64,000 nt of DNA from Gemmatimonadota bacterium (GCA_039586795.1 JBDHJS010000008.1:39157-103156), one strand, 5' to 3'. Positions 20,061 through 30,793 are shown, numbered from the stretch's first letter. Made by a program: numbers and translations. The notes: generated by a model not told the origin, from the letters alone.

Positions 20061-20445
20061 AGTCCTCACCCCCGTAGGATGGAGCCTTCTGCATCTCGAA
20101 GGATCCTTCTCCGCGGCCACCCAACATCATCAAATCGTTGGCCACAATCTCTGTGGTGTAGCGCTTCTGGCCCTGCTGGTCCTCCCACTGACGGTACTGG
20201 ATACGCCCTTCGACGTACACTCGATCGCCCTTCTTGACGTACTGCTCGACGATCTCCGCCAGTCGGTTCCAAACGACCACCCGGTGCCACTGGGTGTCTT
20301 CCTGCATCTCTCCGGACTTGCCCTGCCAGCGACGATTGGTCGCCACCGAGAGGGTAGCTACCCGCGAGCCACCAGACGTGGTGCGGATTTCCGGATCGGA
20401 GCCCAGGTTCCCGACAATGATCGCTTTGTTTACGCTGCGTGACAT
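20008..20445 (-). CDS. ssb: single-stranded DNA-binding protein
   Basis: VNKAIIVGNLGSDPE, WHRVVVW, C-terminal DDLPF; GGAGG RBS. Confidence 0.98.
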   Translation of the reverse strand: MSRSVNKAIIVGNLGSDPEIRTTSGGSRVATLSVATNRRWQGKSGEMQEDTQWHRVVVWNRLAEIVEQYVKKGDRVYVEGRIQYRQWEDQQGQKRYTTEIVANDLMMLGGRGEGSFEMQKAPSYGGEDYEDFPAESLEEGDDLPF

Positions 20446-20500
20446 TCTTCCTCCAAAGAAGCGGTTGGCGCCGATACTGCGAGCTTCGGACGCCAGCACG

Positions 20501-20529
20501 ATTATACCCGAGCGTCAAATTATTGTCAA
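20501..20529 (-). promoter_or_regulatory. consensus sigma70 promoter of ssb
   Basis: TTGACA-N17-TATAAT on the minus strand; the -35 box overlaps the rimI stop codon. Confidence 0.9.
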
Positions 20530-21038
20530 CGCGGAGGTTGCCGCCGCCGATCTCCTGCAAAGTCTACGGGGAGTGGTTCGAGGTCGATGCTCAGAACCAG
20601 CGCGTCCTCTACCGGCTCCCGGTAATAGCGTCTCCGGACGCCCATCTGTGAGAAACCGCGGGCTTTGTACAGTTCCTGAGCGGCGGAATTGCTCACACGC
20701 ACCTCCAAGAAAACCTTTTCGGCCGCCCGCTCCTGCGCCCGCGCCAGTGTCCAGTCGAGGAGGGTCTTTCCCAGGCCCTGGCGCCGGCAATTGGGGTCGA
20801 CGGCCAGGTTGCCAAGCTCGGCTTCCCTGCCGACGAACCAGATGACCGAGTAGCCCACCAGGACGCCATCGAGCTCGGTGGCCCAAAGATCGGCATCACG
20901 ACGTCCCATCAAGTTACGGAAGCTTCCGCGACCCCACGGCGTGGAGAACGAGGCGTGCTCGATCTCCATGACTCGATCGAGATCGTCCTTGTTCATCCGC
21001 CTGATCAGCGGAACCAGGGCAGGTTCTGGAGCGCTCAC
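20526..21038 (-). CDS. rimI: RimI-like GNAT acetyltransferase
   Basis: NLAVDP..RRQGLG, LEVRVSN..A..LY...GF...G.RRRYY..P.EDA. Confidence 0.93.
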   Translation of the reverse strand: MSAPEPALVPLIRRMNKDDLDRVMEIEHASFSTPWGRGSFRNLMGRRDADLWATELDGVLVGYSVIWFVGREAELGNLAVDPNCRRQGLGKTLLDWTLARAQERAAEKVFLEVRVSNSAAQELYKARGFSQMGVRRRYYREPVEDALVLSIDLEPLPVDFAGDRRRQPPR

Positions 21039-21742
21039 CGCTGCTTCTTCTCCTCGGGGACCTTCCAGTCTCTAACGTATGCGGGCTCCCAGCCCTGAGG
21101 CTCCGCTACCCGCCCCAGCTCGGGTGCGACCGAGCGAAGCCACAGCAAGCTGCCGGCGCGAGGGACCGCCATATGCTGAGGCAGCAAGGTCGCGGCTTCG
21201 AACGCCGCACTGATCGCTTCGCCATACACCAGCGCGCCCTCACCAGCAAAGGCCGGGCGCAGATGAAGCCGAGCCAGCTCCGCCAGCAGATCATCGATCC
21301 GCCAGGCGCCGGGCGCAAGGAGCTCGCGCGGTTCGCCCGCCGTGAGATCGTAGCACGCAGCATAGACTTCCCCACGACGCGCGTCGAACATGGCGCAAAC
21401 GGGCCCGCAAGGTCCGCAACCTGCCGCCACAGCCAGCAGACTGGAGTACGCGAACAGCGGCGTCCCCTGAGCCATAGCCCAGCCCTTCGCGATCGACGCG
21501 CCAATCCGCACGCCGGTGAACGAACCGGGGCCGGATCCGACCACGAAAGCCGAGACCTCATGTGGCTGGACTTCCGTCGCGTTCAACGCCTGGTCGATCG
21601 CCGGCATGACGCTTTGCGAGTGAGCCCCCTGAATGCGAAGCGTAGTCTCTACGGCGAGACCATCCCGCCAGACCGCCACAGATCCGGTCGGCGTTGCCGT
21701 TTCCACCGCAAGCCAGATCTCCGGTCGATCGCCGGTCATCAC
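21035..21742 (-). CDS. tsaB: tRNA threonylcarbamoyladenosine biosynthesis protein TsaB
   Basis: LAVETAT, GPGSFTGVRIG, DARRGEVY, P.Y.R. Confidence 0.96.
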   Translation of the reverse strand: MMTGDRPEIWLAVETATPTGSVAVWRDGLAVETTLRIQGAHSQSVMPAIDQALNATEVQPHEVSAFVVGSGPGSFTGVRIGASIAKGWAMAQGTPLFAYSSLLAVAAGCGPCGPVCAMFDARRGEVYAACYDLTAGEPRELLAPGAWRIDDLLAELARLHLRPAFAGEGALVYGEAISAAFEAATLLPQHMAVPRAGSLLWLRSVAPELGRVAEPQGWEPAYVRDWKVPEEKKQR

Positions 21743-22197
21743 CAGCTTCTCAGCCCCGGGGCACGCCCGACACGGCTCACCTTCACGACCCGTCGGTCAG
21801 CGCCTTCGGCGTAGTCGATATTGACCTCCCAGCGGTCTTCCGGCTGCATGTCGGCGGCCCGATCGGCCCACTCGAGGAGAATCAACCCAGGATCGCCCAT
21901 GAGTTCCTCCCAGCCAAGGGGCTCCATAGGATCTCCCGGCCGCAGGCGAAAGAGGTCGACGTGATACACGTTGAAACCGCGTGGGCTTTCGTAGCGCTGG
22001 ACGAGCGTGAAGCTGGGCGAGGGGATGTTCCCCTCGATGCCGGCTCCTCGGCAGATGGCCCGAGCCAGAACGCTCTTGCCGGCACCCAGAGGACCCCGCA
22101 GCGCGATCCACAAGGGAGGATCGATGGCGGCTCCCAGATTCCGGCCCCATTTGACCAGTTCGTCTTCCGTGAAGTCTTTCGGTCCCAGGTGTTCCAT
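21739..22197 (-). CDS. tsaE: t6A biosynthesis ATPase TsaE
   Basis: GPLGAGKS, SPSFTLV..Y, HVDLFRL, LEW. Confidence 0.96.
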   Translation of the reverse strand: MEHLGPKDFTEDELVKWGRNLGAAIDPPLWIALRGPLGAGKSVLARAICRGAGIEGNIPSPSFTLVQRYESPRGFNVYHVDLFRLRPGDPMEPLGWEELMGDPGLILLEWADRAADMQPEDRWEVNIDYAEGADRRVVKVSRVGRAPGLRSW

Positions 22198-22305
22198 TCG
22201 ACCGGTACGGTTCTGATGGTCGGTCCGCTAGCTCCGATGGATATGATCACAATGTTCAACACCTGATCCTCAATCCTCAATACTCTTCAATTGGGGACCA
22301 GCAGG

Positions 22306-24348
22306 CTAGGTGTCAGGTGTTGGCGATTGCCTCGGCGCGCTTCTCGTCTTTCCTTCGACTTCTGCCCTGAGCTGAAAGATGTGGTCGCGCAGTTCGGAGG
22401 CCAGCTCGAAATCGAGGCTCTCGGCTGCGCGCTCCATCTCGGCGGTGAGGCGTTCGATCATCTCCTCGGGCTCCAGCTCGGGCATGCCCGCCAGCGTGTC
22501 AACGACGCCAACCCCTGGCTCTACTCGAGAATCGGCCACCGCCGTAGTGCGGCGGACGTCATCGATCGACTTGCGGATGGAGCGCGGGGTGATGCCGTGC
22601 TCGGTATTGTAGCGCGCTTGAATCTCGCGCCGCCGGTTAGTCTCGTCGATGCAGCGCTGCATCGAGCCGGTGACCACGTCCGCATACATGATGGCCATCG
22701 CGTGCTCGTTGCGTGCAGCACGTCCGATCGTCTGAATCAGACTCTTGTCCGAGCGCAAAAAACCTTCCTTATCCGCATCGAGGATAGCGACGAGTGATAC
22801 CTCGGGAAGGTCCAGGCCCTCGCGCAGCAGATTGATGCCGACCAACACGTCAAAATTCCCCAGCCGCAATCCGCGCAGGATCTCCACCCGTTCGATGGCG
22901 TCGATGTCCGAGTGCATGTATCGCACCCTGATTCCGACGCCCAACAGGTACTCGGTCAGGTCTTCAGCCATTCTCTTGGTCAGCGTGGTGACGAGCACCC
23001 GCTCACCCCGTCTGCTTCGCTCCCTGATTTCCGCAATCAGGTCATCCACCTGCCCGCGCACCGGGCGGACGTCGATGACCGGGTCCAGCAGTCCCGTCGG
23101 GCGAATCACCTGCTCCACCACAACGCCCTCCGACCGCTCGAGCTCGTAGTCCCCTGGCGTCGCCGAGACAAAGAGCGTTCTGGGGACCACCTCTTCCCAT
23201 TCTTGAAACCGGAGCGGTCGATTATCGAGGGCACTCGGAAGACGGAAGCCGTAGTCGACCAACGTCTGCTTGCGGGAGCGGTCCCCTTCGTACATGCCGC
23301 CGATCTGCGGTATCGTAACGTGTGATTCGTCGACGATCACAAGGAAGTCGTCGGGGAAGTAGTCCAGCAAGCAGGCCGGCCTTTCGCCCGCCTCCCGACC
23401 CGACAGGTGCCGCGAGTAATTCTCGATACCCGCGCAATAGCCAACCTCGCGGAGCATCTCCAGGTCATAGCGCGTTCGGTGCTCTAGCCGCTGCGCCTCG
23501 AGAAGCAGACCGGCGCGCCGCAGCTCGCGCAACCGATCATCTAATTCCACCTTGATGAGCTTGATGGCACGATCGAGAGATGGTTGTCCAATAGCGTAGT
23601 GAGTCGCGGGATAGAAAGCAGCACGGTCGAGCTCCGCGATCACGTCACCTGTCAGCGGATCGATCTTCGTCAGCCGATCGATCTCGTCCCCCCACAATTC
23701 GATCCTTACGGCCTGCTCCTCGTAGGCGGGGAAGACTTCCACGACATCGCCGCGGACTCTGAACGTCCCACGCTGAAAGTCGTAATCACTGCGGTTGTAA
23801 CGGACCTCGACGAGAGCGCCCAGGATTTCCTCGCGGGCGATCACCTGCCCTCGTTTGACGAGAACGAGTAGATCGCGGTACTCGTCCGGGTCGCCCAGAC
23901 CATAGATCGCGGATACGGAGGCAACGATGACGACATCTTCCCTTTCCATCAGGCTCGATGTCGCCCGAAGACGCAGCCTGTCGATGTCCTCGTTGATTGA
24001 GGCGTCCTTTTCGATGTACGTGTCAGTCGTCGGCACGTACGCTTCCGGCTGGTAGTAGTCGTAGTAGGAGATGAAGTACTCGACCGCGTTCGCCGGAAAG
24101 AACTGGCGAAGCTCCCCGTAGAGCTGAGCGGCCAGGGTCTTGTTGTGGCTCATGACCAAAGTGGGGCGTCCCCAATTGGCAATGACGTGTGCCATCGTCA
24201 ACGTCTTGCCGGACCCTGTGACGCCCATCAGCGTCTGAGATTGGTCACCCGCTTCGTAGCCGGCACTCAGCTGTTGGATGGCCTCAGGCTGATCACCTGT
24301 CGGCGGAAATGGAGAGCGTAGATCGAAGGGAGCGCGGGAGTGCGTCAA
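22306..24348 (-). CDS. uvrB: excinuclease ABC subunit B
   Basis: [42 protein letters not shown]-terminal UVR domain; TTG start. Confidence 0.99.
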   Translation of the reverse strand: MTHSRAPFDLRSPFPPTGDQPEAIQQLSAGYEAGDQSQTLMGVTGSGKTLTMAHVIANWGRPTLVMSHNKTLAAQLYGELRQFFPANAVEYFISYYDYYQPEAYVPTTDTYIEKDASINEDIDRLRLRATSSLMEREDVVIVASVSAIYGLGDPDEYRDLLVLVKRGQVIAREEILGALVEVRYNRSDYDFQRGTFRVRGDVVEVFPAYEEQAVRIELWGDEIDRLTKIDPLTGDVIAELDRAAFYPATHYAIGQPSLDRAIKLIKVELDDRLRELRRAGLLLEAQRLEHRTRYDLEMLREVGYCAGIENYSRHLSGREAGERPACLLDYFPDDFLVIVDESHVTIPQIGGMYEGDRSRKQTLVDYGFRLPSALDNRPLRFQEWEEVVPRTLFVSATPGDYELERSEGVVVEQVIRPTGLLDPVIDVRPVRGQVDDLIAEIRERSRRGERVLVTTLTKRMAEDLTEYLLGVGIRVRYMHSDIDAIERVEILRGLRLGNFDVLVGINLLREGLDLPEVSLVAILDADKEGFLRSDKSLIQTIGRAARNEHAMAIMYADVVTGSMQRCIDETNRRREIQARYNTEHGITPRSIRKSIDDVRRTTAVADSRVEPGVGVVDTLAGMPELEPEEMIERLTAEMERAAESLDFELASELRDHIFQLRAEVEGKTRSAPRQSPTPDT

Positions 24349-24365
24349 GTCGTTGCAGGTGTTCT

Positions 24366-27044
24366 CTATTTGTCTATGCTGTCAAACCAGGCATCGATCT
24401 TGTCGTCGCCGATCTCCTGTTCGCGGCTTGGCTCACTTCCGGCCGCTTCAGCCTCCGGCATCTGCGCGAGCATCTTTTTCGCTTTCGCTGCCATGGGTGC
24501 AGCGCCCAGCTTCTCGAACAGCTCCACCGCTCGCTCCACTGCCGTCCGGGCCTCTGCCGGCTGGTTTCGGGCTAGCACGTGCGCCTGATGGTACTGGAGG
24601 AATCCCTCCCCGTAGGGATCCTTCTCGGTCGTCTCACCGATCCCCTGCTGCGCCACCATTCCCGCCAGCCAGGAGTCGCTGTCCAGGTCGATCACCCGAA
24701 TGCGGACGGCGTCGCCCTCCGCTCGCCGCGCGAACCAACCCTCCCTGCCCTGATACAGCTGTTCGAGCTGCGCCGCTTCCTGCCAAGCTTGCAGCTCATC
24801 ACCCAGCTCGAGATACGCCAGCGCGCGTATCGCCGTGGTCTGAAAGTCGATCTTCCATGCGCCGCTCGAGGGAAGACCCTGGCGGATCTTCTCGGTCTGT
24901 TCGAGGACGGTCGCATAATCGCCACGCTCGAACTCCAGGCGGGCAGCGCCCGTGTCGCAACGCAGTTTGAGTAGCTCGTCGTCCAGCTCGTTGGCCTGCT
25001 GGGCCCCGGACTGGTAGAGCCGCAGGGCACGGTCGAACTCGCCTCTCAGAGTGAGCAGGTCGGCGATGTTGACCTGCATAGCGATCTTCTGGTCCGGAAC
25101 GCCCGCCACCTCCATTTGCTCGAGCGCCGACTCCCAATGTTCGATGGCCCTGTCCCAACTACCGGCCCTGAAATTGGCCAGGCCGAGTAGCTCGTGACAG
25201 ACGGCGGCGCCGCTCAGGTCGTCTACCTGCTCATAGACCTCGAGAGCGCGCTTGGCGAGGTCGCGCCCCTCCGCCGGGCTGCCCCACGACACGTGGACGC
25301 GGGCGAGTCGGTAGGCCGCGCTGGCAACGACCTCCGCACCGCCACCGTTCTCCGCGACGAAGAGCGCTTCTTCGGCCATCAACAGCGCCTCTTCGGCGCG
25401 ACCCAAACGCTCTGCCACAACGCAGGCGATGTCGAGAGCCATGATCAATTCCTCGACCATACCCTCCGTACGTGCTGCATCGACAAGACTGCCGGCGATC
25501 GCTGAGATCTCCGAGGGAGGCACACCCCGCTCGAGACGAAGCCAGGCGACCATGGTACCGGCAGTGACCGCCATCTGCTTCTCGCCGAGCTCGACGGCAC
25601 GCTCGTAGACTCGTTCGAGGATTCCCTCCGCCTCGGGTTCACGACTCGTCGCCCCGTAGAGGGCGCCCAGGCGGTTCTCGATCTGCAATCGTTCGATTTC
25701 CGAACGAGCTGTACGCGCGGCCTGACGCAGATAGTCCTCTAGTTCATAGAGAGCGTAGAGTCGTTCGCACAGATCTGCAGCTTTCAGCGACCACTCATGG
25801 ACCTTTTCGGGTGCATCCACATTCATGTACAGCGCTGCGATCTCATCGGCGATTTCGTCGGCTGCCGGGCCGCCCAGCTTCTCGAACGAACCGGCGGCAC
25901 GTCCAATGATATGCTCGCGTCGCTTTCCGGAAACGCGGCCGGCGATCGCTTTGCGAGCCACCGGGTGAGCGAACGAATAGCGAACCGATCGATCTCCCGC
26001 TGCCCAGCGACGCTCCCCGACGCTACGCAGCAGACCCAACCCAACAGCGAAGTCAAGCTGCTGTACGACCTCCGTTTGCTTCTTGCTCACCTGAGCGGCG
26101 ACGACCGTCGAGTCGATGACGGCACCACCGATTGCAGCGGCTTCCATCGTCCAACGTAAGTTAGGCTCATTCGCATCGAGTCGGCCAAGGATGACATCCT
26201 CGACTCGTCCATCCCGCTCTGGCAAGTCGCTTTCGCGAATCTTATACTTGAAGAGCCGCTTCTTAACGATCTTCTTTTCGACTAGCCACAGAAGAAGCTG
26301 TTCTGCCCGCAGCGGGCTGCCCTGGGCGGCCGCGACAATCCACTCGTTGAGCTCATCGCTAGGCGACCCGCCGAGCATCTCCTCCACCATCTTCGAGAGA
26401 CCTTCACGCTCGAGCTTCAGAATCCCTAGCTCCATCAGATTTGCACCGACCCGCTGCCGAATCGCCTTGGTCGAGATAGCGCCTTCCGATTCCGTCGGCT
26501 CGTAGGTGGCGACTGCTACCATTGGGAGCGATGGCAAGGTGGTGCCAAGACGGGCGAGCAGATCGATAGACGAGCGATCGGCCCACTGGAGGTCGTCGAT
26601 CAGGATAGCCAGCGGTCGTTGCCGGGCGAGATTACGACACAGAGTCAGGAATTGGTCGAACAACGCGTTGCGGCCAGCGCTTGCCGTGGCGTTGGGGAGC
26701 CACGCAGGCACTTCCTTTCGCAACGCCGCCGCAATGTCCGGGTCCGCGACTTGGGCAGCCAGCTGGGCCACAAGGTCCCGGAACGGACCGTAGGGTCTAT
26801 GGCCGGACCACTCTTCCACGCAGCGAGCGGTCAGCGTGAGGGCACGCGGATCTTCGTCGCGGACGTGGTCCAGAAACGCCTCCGCTAGCGCTGTCTTCCC
26901 GACACCGATCACGCCCGTCAGCACGACAAGCCGACCACGCCCCCCGTCCCCGCCTCGGGTTTCCTGAAAGACACCCTTCAGCTGGGTCATCTCGGTGGCC
27001 CTGGCCACCAGGCGTTTTCGGTTGTCGCTTCCGCTCGCCGCCAT
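24366..27044 (-). CDS. STAND-class AAA ATPase with C-terminal TPRs
   Basis: LVAR..E, Walker A GVIGVGKT, Walker [12 protein letters not shown] motif (GSPL), F.H motif (FAHP), TPR array. Confidence 0.85.
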   Translation of the reverse strand: MAASGSDNRKRLVARATEMTQLKGVFQETRGGDGGRGRLVVLTGVIGVGKTALAEAFLDHVRDEDPRALTLTARCVEEWSGHRPYGPFRDLVAQLAAQVADPDIAAALRKEVPAWLPNATASAGRNALFDQFLTLCRNLARQRPLAILIDDLQWADRSSIDLLARLGTTLPSLPMVAVATYEPTESEGAISTKAIRQRVGANLMELGILKLEREGLSKMVEEMLGGSPSDELNEWIVAAAQGSPLRAEQLLLWLVEKKIVKKRLFKYKIRESDLPERDGRVEDVILGRLDANEPNLRWTMEAAAIGGAVIDSTVVAAQVSKKQTEVVQQLDFAVGLGLLRSVGERRWAAGDRSVRYSFAHPVARKAIAGRVSGKRREHIIGRAAGSFEKLGGPAADEIADEIAALYMNVDAPEKVHEWSLKAADLCERLYALYELEDYLRQAARTARSEIERLQIENRLGALYGATSREPEAEGILERVYERAVELGEKQMAVTAGTMVAWLRLERGVPPSEISAIAGSLVDAARTEGMVEELIMALDIACVVAERLGRAEEALLMAEEALFVAENGGGAEVVASAAYRLARVHVSWGSPAEGRDLAKRALEVYEQVDDLSGAAVCHELLGLANFRAGSWDRAIEHWESALEQMEVAGVPDQKIAMQVNIADLLTLRGEFDRALRLYQSGAQQANELDDELLKLRCDTGAARLEFERGDYATVLEQTEKIRQGLPSSGAWKIDFQTTAIRALAYLELGDELQAWQEAAQLEQLYQGREGWFARRAEGDAVRIRVIDLDSDSWLAGMVAQQGIGETTEKDPYGEGFLQYHQAHVLARNQPAEARTAVERAVELFEKLGAAPMAAKAKKMLAQMPEAEAAGSEPSREQEIGDDKIDAWFDSIDK

Positions 27045-27195
27045 TCGTGCCTATGGATAGATCCGACGCGATGGGGGACGCCGGAGAAGAGTCAGTTCGG
27101 TCATCGGGATCAAGTCGGTCGAGCCAGCGTTTCGCTCGCTCCACCGGCCAGCGCGGGGAGTGGTGGGTCGGGCCTGTCTTCCCAACCTACCAGAT

Positions 27196-27224
27196 AAACT
27201 ACTCGAACAGGATTGTAGGCTCAA
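27196..27224 (-). promoter_or_regulatory. candidate sigma70 promoter for the STAND-uvrB unit
   Basis: TTGAGC-N17-TAGTTT. Confidence 0.45.
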
Positions 27225-27245
27225 TGGCGCTAGCGTATTGGTGCG

Positions 27246-27653
27246 TCAGCGTTTACCCATGGCCAGAATTCGGCTCCAGATCGCCTTGGAGACCGGCATG
27301 ACGGAAAGACGTGGCACGCGAACCAATTCCCAGTCGGCGAAATCACCGGTCGCTTTGACCTCGGCGAGGGTGACAGGGCTCGCCAGACGCCGCGCCGGGC
27401 TTACCTCGAACACGACCAGCCGGCCATCCTCGGCCTCTGGATCCGGATAGGCCGCGGTCTCGATCCTGGCGATGCCGATGATCGCCTTCTCCTTGCCGGT
27501 ATGGTAGAAGAACGCCTCGTCGCCCGGCTTGACCTTGCGCATGTGTTTGAGGGCAACGGGGTTCTTGACGCCATCCCATACAGCCCGCTGCTCGCGCTCG
27601 AGGTCGTCGAACGAGTAATCGTTGGGTTCACTCTTCAGGAGCCACTTGCTCAA
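27246..27653 (-). CDS. EVE domain protein
   Basis: WLLKSEP..YSF.DL, WDGVKN..A, GD.AFFYH, RLSVMPV. Confidence 0.95.
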   Translation of the reverse strand: MSKWLLKSEPNDYSFDDLEREQRAVWDGVKNPVALKHMRKVKPGDEAFFYHTGKEKAIIGIARIETAAYPDPEAEDGRLVVFEVSPARRLASPVTLAEVKATGDFADWELVRVPRLSVMPVSKAIWSRILAMGKR

Positions 27654-29899
27654 TCGTCGGTCTCCGGGTGAAGATCAGACTCACTGATCTGCTCGCGCCG
27701 TTCGACGCTAATCACGCCCTTCACTTTGCGAATTGCACGCATGACCTTCGACAGGTGGGCAAGGTCTTCGATCTCCACCACGAATTCTCCGTGCATACCA
27801 TCTTCGACGGCGTAGGTCTCAGCGCTCTGAATGTTGGTCCCGGTATTCGTTACGGCAGAGGCGATGTCCGAGAGCAGACCTCGGCGATCGGTCCCCTCGA
27901 TGGTGATGCGGACCATGTAGAGCTGCGCTCTGTCGCGCTGCCAGTCGATCTCGATCCGGCGCTCCGGGTGCTCGCTGAACTTGAGAACATTGGGGCAATC
28001 GGCTCGATGGATCGAAATGCCCCGGCCCCGCGTGATATAGCCGACCACGTTATCGCCGGGCACGGGCTGGCAGCACTGCGAGTACCGAACCATCACGTTG
28101 TCGATACCCTGGATCTTTATCCCGCGCGGCCCGCGGCGTACCTGTTCCACCAAACGCGTCAGGGGCGACGGCTTGCTGGAATCTTCCGGCTCCTGCTCTT
28201 CGGGCCAAAGCTGTTTGAGGATCGCAGTCAGGCCTACGTCGCCGCGTCCCAACGCCGCGTAGAGCGCACTGAGCGAATGGTAGCCGACTGTTTCGCCTGC
28301 CTCTCTTAGCTGGGCGTCCGACGCTTTCTTCCGCCGTTTACGTAGCTCGCGCTCCAAGAACTCCTTGCCAATCTTGACGGCGGCGGTCAACTCCTCCTGC
28401 CGAATCCACTGGCGAATCTTGTTTCGGGCCCGAGCCGTGCGAACGAAGTTCAGCCAGTCGGGTGATGGTTTCTGCTTGTTGTTCGTGATGACTTCTACAG
28501 TGTCACCGCTGTCTAGCTCACGAGTTAGCGAAGCTATTCGACCGTTGACACGAGCGCCCGCACAGCGATAGCCGACTTCGGTGTGGACCGCGAAGGCGAA
28601 ATCGATGGGAGTGGCGCCCCTGGGCAGCTGTTTGACATCACCCGCAGGCGTGAAGACGAAGATCTCGTCCTGGTAGAGGTCGATCCTCAGGAACTCCATG
28701 AACTCGTCGGGCTCTTTGGTCTCCTGTTGCCACTCCAACACTTGTCGAAACCAGGCGAGCTTGTCGTCGACCTCGTCACCAGAGCTCTCGGTACCCTCCT
28801 TGTACCGCCAATGCGCCGCGATCCCAAACTCCGCCGTACGGTGCATGTCGTGGGTACGAATTTGGATCTCGTACAGGCGGCCGCCGGGCCCAAAGATCGT
28901 CGTATGGAGCGACCTGTACATGTTCGACTTGGGCGTGGCGATGTAATCGTGGAACCGTTCCGTGAGCGGCGTCCAACGGTTGTGAATGACGCCAAGCGCG
29001 TGATAGCAGTCCTTGATGCTATCGGTCGTCACGCGAATAGCCATGAGGTCATAGATCTCCTCGTACGGCTTGCCGCGCTTGTCCATCTTCTTGTGGATGG
29101 ACCACAGGTGCTTTGGACGACCCGTCACCTCGCATATGATGCCGGCAGACTCCAGTTCCTCCTGCAGCGGCGCCGCCAGTTGACGGATCCACGCTTCGCG
29201 CTGCTTGCGGCGATCGCGGACCTTCTTGGCAAGTTGCTTGTAGGCCTGAGGCTCGATGTACTTGAACGCGAGATCTTCCAACTCCCACCTGACCCGCGCC
29301 ATGCCCAGGCGGTGCGCGAGCGGTGCGTAGATGTTTCGGGTCTCACGAGCGATACGACGCTGCTTGTTGATCGGCAGCGCTTCCAACGTCCTCATGTTAT
29401 GTAGACGGTCGGCTAGCTTGATGATGATGACGCGCGCGTCACGGGCCATCGACAGGAGAAGCTTGCGGAAATTCTCGGCCTGCGCCTCGGATCTGGAGCT
29501 GAACTCGACCCGACCGATCTTGGTTAGGCCGTCGACGATAGTGCCGATCTCGTCGCCAAACTCCTCCTTGATGTCCTCGACGCCAACATCCGTGTCCTCG
29601 ACGACGTCATGGAGCAAGGCGGCGCAGATCGACGCCGTGTCGAGATAGAGGTCAGCGAGGATCTTCCCTACTTCTACGCAGTGCGTGATGTAGTCTTCGC
29701 CCGACTTGCGTTTCTGGCCGTGGTGGGCCCGTTCGCTGTAGGCGAAGGCGCGGGCCAGGATATCGAGGTCCACACGTTCGCGCCCCTCCTCGATGACATC
29801 GAGGAAATCGCGCGGCAGAGGCGGCAGCTCGCCGTTTCCCGACGACGCCTTTCCCCCGTCGGTCCGCTCGATCGTCTTGGCGGCGCGTTCCGGGGCCAT
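27650..29899 (-). CDS. rel: bifunctional (p)ppGpp synthetase/hydrolase (long RSH, Rel)
   Basis: HD hydrolase (LHDVVED, KLADRLHN), synthetase (GRPKH, YRSLHT, EIQIRT), TGS, CC and ACT domains. Confidence 0.97.
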   Translation of the reverse strand: MAPERAAKTIERTDGGKASSGNGELPPLPRDFLDVIEEGRERVDLDILARAFAYSERAHHGQKRKSGEDYITHCVEVGKILADLYLDTASICAALLHDVVEDTDVGVEDIKEEFGDEIGTIVDGLTKIGRVEFSSRSEAQAENFRKLLLSMARDARVIIIKLADRLHNMRTLEALPINKQRRIARETRNIYAPLAHRLGMARVRWELEDLAFKYIEPQAYKQLAKKVRDRRKQREAWIRQLAAPLQEELESAGIICEVTGRPKHLWSIHKKMDKRGKPYEEIYDLMAIRVTTDSIKDCYHALGVIHNRWTPLTERFHDYIATPKSNMYRSLHTTIFGPGGRLYEIQIRTHDMHRTAEFGIAAHWRYKEGTESSGDEVDDKLAWFRQVLEWQQETKEPDEFMEFLRIDLYQDEIFVFTPAGDVKQLPRGATPIDFAFAVHTEVGYRCAGARVNGRIASLTRELDSGDTVEVITNNKQKPSPDWLNFVRTARARNKIRQWIRQEELTAAVKIGKEFLERELRKRRKKASDAQLREAGETVGYHSLSALYAALGRGDVGLTAILKQLWPEEQEPEDSSKPSPLTRLVEQVRRGPRGIKIQGIDNVMVRYSQCCQPVPGDNVVGYITRGRGISIHRADCPNVLKFSEHPERRIEIDWQRDRAQLYMVRITIEGTDRRGLLSDIASAVTNTGTNIQSAETYAVEDGMHGEFVVEIEDLAHLSKVMRAIRKVKGVISVERREQISESDLHPETDD

Positions 29900-30049
29900 T
29901 CTGGGTTCTTCTAGGTCAAAAGTGGATGGGCGACCCAACCGGAGAGGACGCCCCGTTGCCAACTCCTACACGTGAGGCGTGGAGCCGGTTTCATGGTCTT
30001 GAAGCCTACCTTTCAACGAAGAATCGCTGAAATGCAGCCCCAGATCAAG

Positions 30050-30793
30050 CTATGGCGTCTCGGAGTGGGAATCGGCGGGGATCTGGCTCGCGCCCAACAT
30101 GCCCAGATCCAGAAAGCTGCAATACCGGCCGTTTCCGACGACAACGTGGTCCCGCACCGGAATCCCAAGAATGCGCCCCGCCTCCGTGAGCTGGCGGGTG
30201 ATCTCCCTGTCCGCCGGCGAAGGGGTCGGATCGCCGCTGGGGTGGTTGTGGATCAGTATGACAGCTGCCGCCGACTCGGCGAGCGCCGGAGCGAAGACCT
30301 CACGTGGGTGCACGACCGACGCATCGAGGATCCCGCGCGTAACCATGACCTCGCGCAGAACGGCGTTCTGGGTGTTGAGGAGTAGGATATGGAACTCCTC
30401 CTGGCGCAGGTCCCTTAGCCGCAGCTCGAATCGGCGGTAGACGTCCCGGGGCGTGCTGACTCTGTCGTCATCCTGGCGGACTTCCTCCGCGGCGCGGCGT
30501 CCCAGTTCGAGCGCCGCCTGGATGGCGACCGCCCGAGCCTCACCGATACCGGGCACATCCCTGAGCTGAGCTCCGGGAGCCCTGCCGAGACGCCGCAGAG
30601 ACCGCCCGAACCGCTCGTAGAGGTTCTCGGCGATCTCGAGTGCGCTGCGGCCGCCAGTTCCGGTAGAAGCGAGGATTGCCAGTAGTTCGGCGGTTCTCAA
30701 GGCCGCGGGGCCGAGGGCACGAAACCGCTCGCGTGGCCGCTCATGCGGCGGCCACTCCTTTATCGGCGGGACCACGTGATCTCTTGAATCCAT
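30050..30793 (-). CDS. radC: RadC family JAB-domain protein (full length)
   Basis: ERPRER, HhH (PGIGEARA), HPREVF, HNHPSGDP.PS..D. Confidence 0.96.
   Translation of the reverse strand: MDSRDHVVPPIKEWPPHERPRERFRALGPAALRTAELLAILASTGTGGRSALEIAENLYERFGRSLRRLGRAPGAQLRDVPGIGEARAVAIQAALELGRRAAEEVRQDDDRVSTPRDVYRRFELRLRDLRQEEFHILLLNTQNAVLREVMVTRGILDASVVHPREVFAPALAESAAAVILIHNHPSGDPTPSPADREITRQLTEAGRILGIPVRDHVVVGNGRYCSFLDLGMLGASQIPADSHSETP

Noticed and set aside
26797..27144. 115-aa ORF overlapping the STAND start (possible frameshifted N-terminal effector)
   Set aside because: Adds only ~33 codons upstream, has no domain resemblance, and no slippery site is seen.
30050..30793. radC as a marker of a mobile element
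   Set aside because: It is the full-length chromosomal type with an N-terminal HhH region, flanked by secA and rel, with no integrase or att sites.
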